29,267 bases of DNA from a virus (Duplodnaviria; Heunggongvirae; Uroviricota; Caudoviricetes), in IMG/VR virus record IMGVR_UViG_3300037400_003880. One strand, written 5' to 3'. Of the stretch, positions 24,531 through 29,267 are shown piece by piece. The translations under genes and the position numbers were made by a program. Below the pieces are notes generated by a model that saw nothing but the letters and a program-made list of their open reading frames with translations, ran no database searches and was not told where the DNA came from. How positions within the stretch are numbered: position 1 is the stretch's first letter; each line of letters begins with the position of its first letter.

Positions 24531-25217
24531 ATGATTTAGTTCGTTTATAGCATAACGATCCAAAAGGAAGGCGATTTCCTGAGCTTTTTGAAGAGTTTTG
24601 ACAAGAAAATAATGATAAATGACAAGGTTATTGACAAAAATAACAAATCAGGCGTGATTCATGGTGAAAACAGTGTGGAAACTATAGTATTTATAGAGAA
24701 ATTAAGTGCGGATGACTTCAAAAGTATGAGAGAACTGTGGAAAAAGATAACAATTGAACGGGAACTATCGTTGGAATACGTGAGAGATGGATGGGTTTGG
24801 TTGCTACCGTTTCAGCAGCTCCACAGCGGTCCAGATCGACCATACAATCAGATAATTAAGCACAATGGCTTACCGACCACGCGCTCCGCCAAGAAGAAGG
24901 ACAAGCCAGATCTTAGGCTAAGAAGGGCAGAAGCCAGAGACTATGGTAGTGTTGAAGAGGGGGACGATCCAGATAGCTCAGCTCAAACAATTCTTGAGGA
25001 GCTACTCAAACCAGAGTGGCTAGGATGGTGGCATCGCCGCTTCATTTATCTTTACCATTATTATGGGAACCATTGCAGTTGTTATAAGGAACGCTTTATT
25101 TATGACGCTTTTATTGCTACTGTTTGGGAGATCTCTAAAGTTATAGGTGTGCCGCCCCTTGATATTTGTGAGATTTATCGCGCGGCGCGCCCCGTTTATA
25201 ATAAACTTTATATGTAA
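24531..25217 (+). CDS. hypothetical protein with in-frame TAG at codon 3
   Basis: AGGAGG RBS; ATG ATT TAG TTC... is in frame with ORF 24588..25217. Confidence 0.7.
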
Positions 25218-25221
25218 GAAA

Positions 25222-25258
25222 TGGGCAGTTTCCTTTGTTGGAGCTGCCCAATTTTTAT
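25222..25258 (+). terminator. rho-independent terminator
   Basis: TGGGCAGTTTCC/GGAGCTGCCCA + T tract. Confidence 0.75.
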
Positions 25259-25609
25259 TGTTGTTTTCGGTTTCATTTGATTTCCAATTCTTGTACTAAA
25301 AAAGGGGATTAGAAGATTTAATCGAAAGGCTTAGTAGAGGGATCTTCAGTACCGGATTTTGCCTCTTCTTAACTTTTGTTTTTGTGCGGGCGCCGGCGCG
25401 CCTAAAATAGGGGTCACTTTAAATAGGAGTTCTTTTTAACTTAGAGGGGTCTTTTCTTTTTAAAAATCGGGGCGGAGAATAGAGGGGATTTTTATAGGGG
25501 ATCCTGCTTGGAAAAAGCTTTGAGATTTTGAGCTAAAAATGGGGGTTAGAATAATCCTTCCAAAACCTATAGTGGCTTTGAGTTCGGTACCGGATTTTGC
25601 CTCTTGCAA

Positions 25610-25820
25610 TTGCAGCTCACGGAATCCCTGAGCAGCTCCGAAATAGGGTTTTTTTCTTTAAGTAGGAATTGCAGCTCACAGCTCCAAACTTTTCCAGCTC
25701 ACCCTGATTTAGCAGCTCACGACCGAGATCGTTTTTTCTTCAAGTAGGAATTGCAGCTCACGGCTCTAAGAGTTCCAGCTCACATAGGCACCGAGATCAC
25801 GGAGCTGTTCCAGCTCATGC
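25610..25820 (+). repeat. cluster of co-oriented (G/C)CAGCTC motifs
   Basis: about 9 copies. Confidence 0.75.
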
Positions 25821-25934
25821 ATTTGTTTTTACTGGATCGCGACTGCCGAGGAGATCTTCGTGACAATGCCGCGGCGTCACCTCGATCCGATCCTCCGTTC
25901 ACAGAATGTTCACAATTTGTTTACAGAAAATCCA

Positions 25935-25963
25935 TTGACTTTTCCCGAAAAATATGGTATAAT
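25935..25963 (+). promoter_or_regulatory. sigmaA-type promoter with upstream TTHACA repeats
   Basis: TTGACT-N17-TATAAT; repeats at 25898, 25909, 25920. Confidence 0.85.
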
Positions 25964-26071
25964 ATATATGTAAGATAAAGGAAAGGGCTGGAGCCAAGAG
26001 GTGCGGGAAAGGCGCACTGAGGTACCGCCCGCCGTTCACAAAATGTTCACAAAAAGTTCAGAGTTATTTAA

Positions 26072-26100
26072 TTGACTTTTTGCGAAAAATGTGGTATAAT
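26072..26100 (+). promoter_or_regulatory. sigmaA-type promoter with upstream TTHACA repeats
   Basis: TTGACT-N17-TATAAT; repeats at 26035, 26046, 26057. Confidence 0.85.
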
Positions 26101-26208
26101 ATATATGTAAGATAAAGAGAGAAGCGGTAAGCAAGAGGTGCGTGCTGGCTTCCTCCACGAGATTAGTCCTCTCGTGAACAGGCGTAATACGCCAGATAGG
26201 AGAACACT

Positions 26209-26664
26209 ATGGCAGCTATGACTATGAAGCAGTTCCTGACCGCAGTTACCGAGATGACCGAGAAGCCGGAGCTGGTCGAGTTCGCTAAGGCTCAGCTGGA
26301 GAAGCTGGACGAGAAGAACGCCAAGCGCCGCACTACCCTGACCTCTGCCCAGAAGGCGACCATTCAGGTAGTCACCGCTTACGCTTCCACTCTGGCAAAG
26401 GGTGAGGTCGTAACCTCTGCTATCGTCTCCACCGCACTGGGCGTCACCTCTCAGCGTGCGACCGCACTGCTGAAGAAGGGTGTAGAGCTGGGCTTCTTCA
26501 CCGAGACCGAGCCTGTGAAGGGTAAGTCTGGTAAGGTGAAGGGCTACGCTCGCACCGAAGCCGGCAACCACCCCGTAGAGACCGAGGAGGTCGAGGATGG
26601 CGAAGCCGAGGAGCTGGGTGAGTTCGAGGACGAGCTGACCGACGAGGAGCTGTCCGAGGACTGA
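26209..26664 (+). CDS. winged-HTH-like protein, paralog family A
   Basis: AGGAG RBS; VTSQRATALLKKGV...PVKGKSGKVKGY; acidic tail. Confidence 0.8.
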   Translation: MAAMTMKQFLTAVTEMTEKPELVEFAKAQLEKLDEKNAKRRTTLTSAQKATIQVVTAYASTLAKGEVVTSAIVSTALGVTSQRATALLKKGVELGFFTETEPVKGKSGKVKGYARTEAGNHPVETEEVEDGEAEELGEFEDELTDEELSED

Positions 26665-26686
26665 CGTTTCACATGAAACACAATGG

Positions 26687-26719
26687 GAGCTGGTGCCCTG
26701 ACGGGTGCCAGCTCTTTTT
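26687..26719 (+). terminator. rho-independent terminator
   Basis: GAGCTGGTGCCC/GGGTGCCAGCTC + T5. Confidence 0.8.
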
Positions 26720-26913
26720 GCAGCTCACTTTAGCGCTTTAAAGCGGTGATCTCCCAGCTCGCATGATGCAGCTCATACGCAATCGCAGCTCACGGATGCA
26801 GCTCACGGGAGCCGATCTAAGGGCGGGATCGACGATGCAGCTCGCCGATGGTTAGACGCAGGCAACAATACCTACTATTCCGATCTGAATGGTAGGAGTT
26901 AGCCATTGCTAAC

Positions 26914-27316
26914 CGAACGTTTGTTCGCCCGAACGTTTGTTCGCCTACTAAACCTACTAAACCTATAGGTTTTAGGACTTTAAAGCGCTAAAGCGCAGAT
27001 CCGCCCCTTATTATTATACCACATAAATATGAACGTGGTATGAACTGGATGTAAACAATTTGTTAAGAACATATGTTCTTCGGCATTATAACCAAAAAAC
27101 TTTCAACTTGTTGAAAAATTTTGTGCAAGTTGTATGAAGATCGGTTTTCAACATTCTCCACCAAATTTTGTGCAGTATGCCTAAACCTAGTAAACCTATA
27201 GGAATAGTAGGAATTGCCCGGGCCCGATCCGGACTCGAACATATGTTCGCCTGCCCGGGTCCGCCCGAACGTTTGTTCTCCCCGCCTGGATCCGGTCCGT
27301 CCAGAACGTTTGTTCT
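26914..27316. promoter_or_regulatory. cluster of six GAAC-N4-GTTC (Firmicute LexA/Cheo box-like) sites
   Basis: sites at 26914, 26930, 27067, 27236, 27266, 27303. Confidence 0.7.
27013..27066 (-). promoter_or_regulatory. extended -10 promoter with four 11-bp-phased TTHAYA repeats and no -35
   Basis: minus strand: TTAACA-N5-TTTACA-N5-TTCATA-N5-TTCATA...TGGTATAAT. Confidence 0.65.
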
Positions 27317-27443
27317 TTTTGCCCGGGCCCCAGATCAGCACTTTAAAGTGCTAAAGTGTCCGTGGACACTTTCGTGGACTAAAGTGGGGTGTCCTCGATC
27401 CGCGTACACTTTAGCGATTTAAAGCATTAAAGTGTGAGGTCGG

Positions 27444-27475
27444 AAAAATGTCCGCCAGAGGCGGACACTTTTTTT
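27444..27475. terminator. bidirectional terminator
   Basis: A5-TGTCCGCC-aga-GGCGGACA-CT7. Confidence 0.8.
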
Positions 27476-27896
27476 AGTCCTCGACTGCATCGGGATCCGC
27501 GTCAGCATCCGCGTCCGCGGGTGCATCCGCATCCGCGAACTTGTAAGCCTTGACCTTGCCCGACTTGCCCTTGACGGGCTCGACCTCTACGAGGACGCCC
27601 GCCTTGACACCCGCGCGGAGGACGGCGGTAGACTTCTGCGAGGTCACGCCCAGCAGACCCGCCACAGACGCGGAGGTGAGAACCTCGCCCGCCTTGACAG
27701 CCGCGCGGAGGGTGGCGAGGGTGGCGGTGTTAGCCGCAGAAGCCTTCTCCTGCGCCTTAGCGCGGCGGGCGGCGTTCTTGCCATCGGTCTTGTTGAGCGC
27801 GGCGAGCGCGTAGGCGCGGATGTCCTCGTCAGTGGTGGTGTTGAGGACTGCGGTCAGGAACTCGGTGTTAGTCTTGATAGTCATGGTGTTCTCCAT
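27474..27896 (-). CDS. winged-HTH-like protein, paralog family A (start may be 27884)
   Basis: VTSQKSTAVLRAGV...PVKGKSGKVKAY; acidic tail. Confidence 0.8.
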   Translation of the reverse strand: MENTMTIKTNTEFLTAVLNTTTDEDIRAYALAALNKTDGKNAARRAKAQEKASAANTATLATLRAAVKAGEVLTSASVAGLLGVTSQKSTAVLRAGVKAGVLVEVEPVKGKSGKVKAYKFADADAPADADADADPDAVED

Positions 27897-27959
27897 TCTC
27901 CATGCCTTGCATGGTAGGCGTTTTTCGGGTTTTGGGCTTTTCCCTCACCCTGTACTATT

Positions 27960-27988
27960 ATTATACCACACTTTTCGGAGTTTGTCAA
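27960..27988 (-). promoter_or_regulatory. sigmaA-type promoter
   Basis: minus strand TTGACA-N17-TATAAT. Confidence 0.85.
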
Positions 27989-28234
27989 CTGGCATTTTGC
28001 ACAAACTTTTGTGTGGATTTTTGTGAGGATTGAACGGATGGTACTGGCGGTTCTGGAATTCACGCAATATGGGGATTTTTCCCCCTTGCTACCCTCCTAC
28101 GGTCGCATCCGTCCTATAACCGAACAACCCTCTGCCCGACAGCGGTAACGAGCTACATATTCCGCGATTTATTGGGGAAAATCGTAACCCTGTAAGCGTT
28201 TCGGGGTTTTTCTCCCCCTCAACCTTACATATAT

Positions 28235-28263
28235 ATTATACCATATTTTTTGGAAAAAGTCAA
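28235..28263 (-). promoter_or_regulatory. sigmaA-type promoter
   Basis: minus strand TTGACT-N17-TATAAT, same cassette as the plus-strand copies. Confidence 0.85.
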
Positions 28264-28464
28264 ATTAGCTGCTGCGTTTTTGCCCATATATCGCCATAAA
28301 AAGCCCCAAAAATTTCGGCACCTTGTACACTATTTTCAACAACTGGGATCCTCTTTTGTGCATTTTGCTGGTGTCTTTGTACGGCGTACACTTTCATGGA
28401 CTAAAGTAAACTGTTCTCCTGTGGCGGACAGCGATAGTTAGACTATCACTTTGATAGTTTAACT

Positions 28465-28660
28465 CGCTAAAGCGCCAGATCCTCTTCTCCTTTAGCGCTT
28501 TAAAGCGCTAAAGATCTGCCCGGTCCATTTGTACATATTGACGAGAACGTATGTTCCGATCCGCCCGGGCACTTTCACACTTTAAAGCATTAAAGCAATC
28601 CAGATCTTTTGTACTTTAAAGCACTAAAGCGATCCAGATCTTTCGCGCACTAAAGCGCGA
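28465..28660. repeat. cluster of CTTTAAAG-N(3)-TAAAG / TTTAGCGCTAAAG palindromic motifs
   Basis: about 5 copies here; further copies at about 26729, 26978, 27341, 27409. Confidence 0.75.
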
Positions 28661-28685
28661 AAAACGGCGATTATCCGCCGTTTTT
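28660..28685. terminator. bidirectional terminator overlapping the stop of 28671..29033
   Basis: AAAAACGGCG-attatc-CGCCGTTTTT. Confidence 0.75.
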
Positions 28686-29033
28686 CACCTCCTTCAAAGC
28701 CTCCCGAATATCGTCCATGTTTAGCGCTAAAGTCACACGCTCCGACTTGGTGCAAACGTCATTCCAGTTTTTGACAGTCATGCCAATAATCACGATTGCA
28801 TCCACAAGAAAACCGTCCTTGTTAGTGACCTGACCCACACAAACAACCACGCTATTTCCCGTGATTTTTACGGGCGACCCCTCCTCCTTGGCAACCTCGA
28901 TGGTTTTGGGGATAAAGAGGACGTTTTCCTCTCCATACTCTACCACCATAGCGCTATAGATAACCTTCCCGACCTCTACACGGATGGCGTTCTTGCGTGC
29001 GGTATCGTTTTTCATCTCGTCAAGATTCATCAT
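28671..29033 (-). CDS. hypothetical protein, paralog family B
   Basis: AAGGAGG RBS; EYGEENV, KDGFLVD...MTVK. Confidence 0.75.
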   Translation of the reverse strand: MMNLDEMKNDTARKNAIRVEVGKVIYSAMVVEYGEENVLFIPKTIEVAKEEGSPVKITGNSVVVCVGQVTNKDGFLVDAIVIIGMTVKNWNDVCTKSERVTLALNMDDIREALKEVKNGG

Positions 29034-29076
29034 ACTTGTATCCTCCTTATTGGTTCTATGTCCTTACTACTCTTAT

Positions 29077-29105
29077 ATTATACTACATTTTTCGGGATTT
29101 GTCAA
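29077..29105 (-). promoter_or_regulatory. sigmaA-type promoter
   Basis: minus strand TTGACA-N17-TATAAT. Confidence 0.8.
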
Positions 29106-29267
29106 ATTGAACCCCTTGAAAAACTTCGATATATGGACGAAAAAGGATCCGAAATCTTTGTGACATTTGCACAAACGGCGGCTGCGCACAGATCGATTGG
29201 TTGTGCATCTTGCACAAATTTTTTGACCGAGTTTTTGGCTAAGGATCGGCATTTTTCTGCTACCCTG

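Noticed and set aside
27341-28660. HrcA CIRCE elements
   Set aside because: Only half-site-like TTAGCGCT/GTGCTAA sequences; no TTAGCACTC-N9-GAGTGCTAA.

Overview
Segment of a large lytic phage genome, most likely infecting a gut Firmicute. The evidence is about 28 near-identical sigmaA promoters (TTGACT-N17-TATAAT, usually with TG), strong GGAGG RBSs, and no integrase, CRISPR or rRNA. Positions 1-22.5 kb are a plus-strand early/host-takeover region. It contains many small genes, an Rnl1-type RNA ligase, a pol-beta-type nucleotidyltransferase, a stand-alone BrxL-like AAA+ ATPase, two kinase-fold proteins, a tmRNA and 16 tRNA genes. Main discoveries: (1) A tRNA-Asn(GTT) is split by a 471-nt insertion almost entirely filled by an I-Ssp6803I-like PD-(D/E)XK endonuclease ORF. 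There is no room for a group I ribozyme core, but the ends pair and form a K-turn-like junction, so this is a candidate protein-spliced, non-canonical mobile tRNA intron. (2) TAG appears to be read as a sense codon (probably Gln, code 15). This restores a GIY-YIG nuclease, a methyltransferase and several other genes that the ORF track misses or truncates. (3) Two tRNA-like RNAs carry twin T-arms and no anticodon. (4) A repeat-dense non-coding zone (about 25.3-29.2 kb) holds 7 Firmicute LexA/SOS-box matches and other iterated motifs. (5) Phased 11-bp TTHACA (Pho-box-like) arrays sit at five promoters. All annotations are by eye, without database searches.
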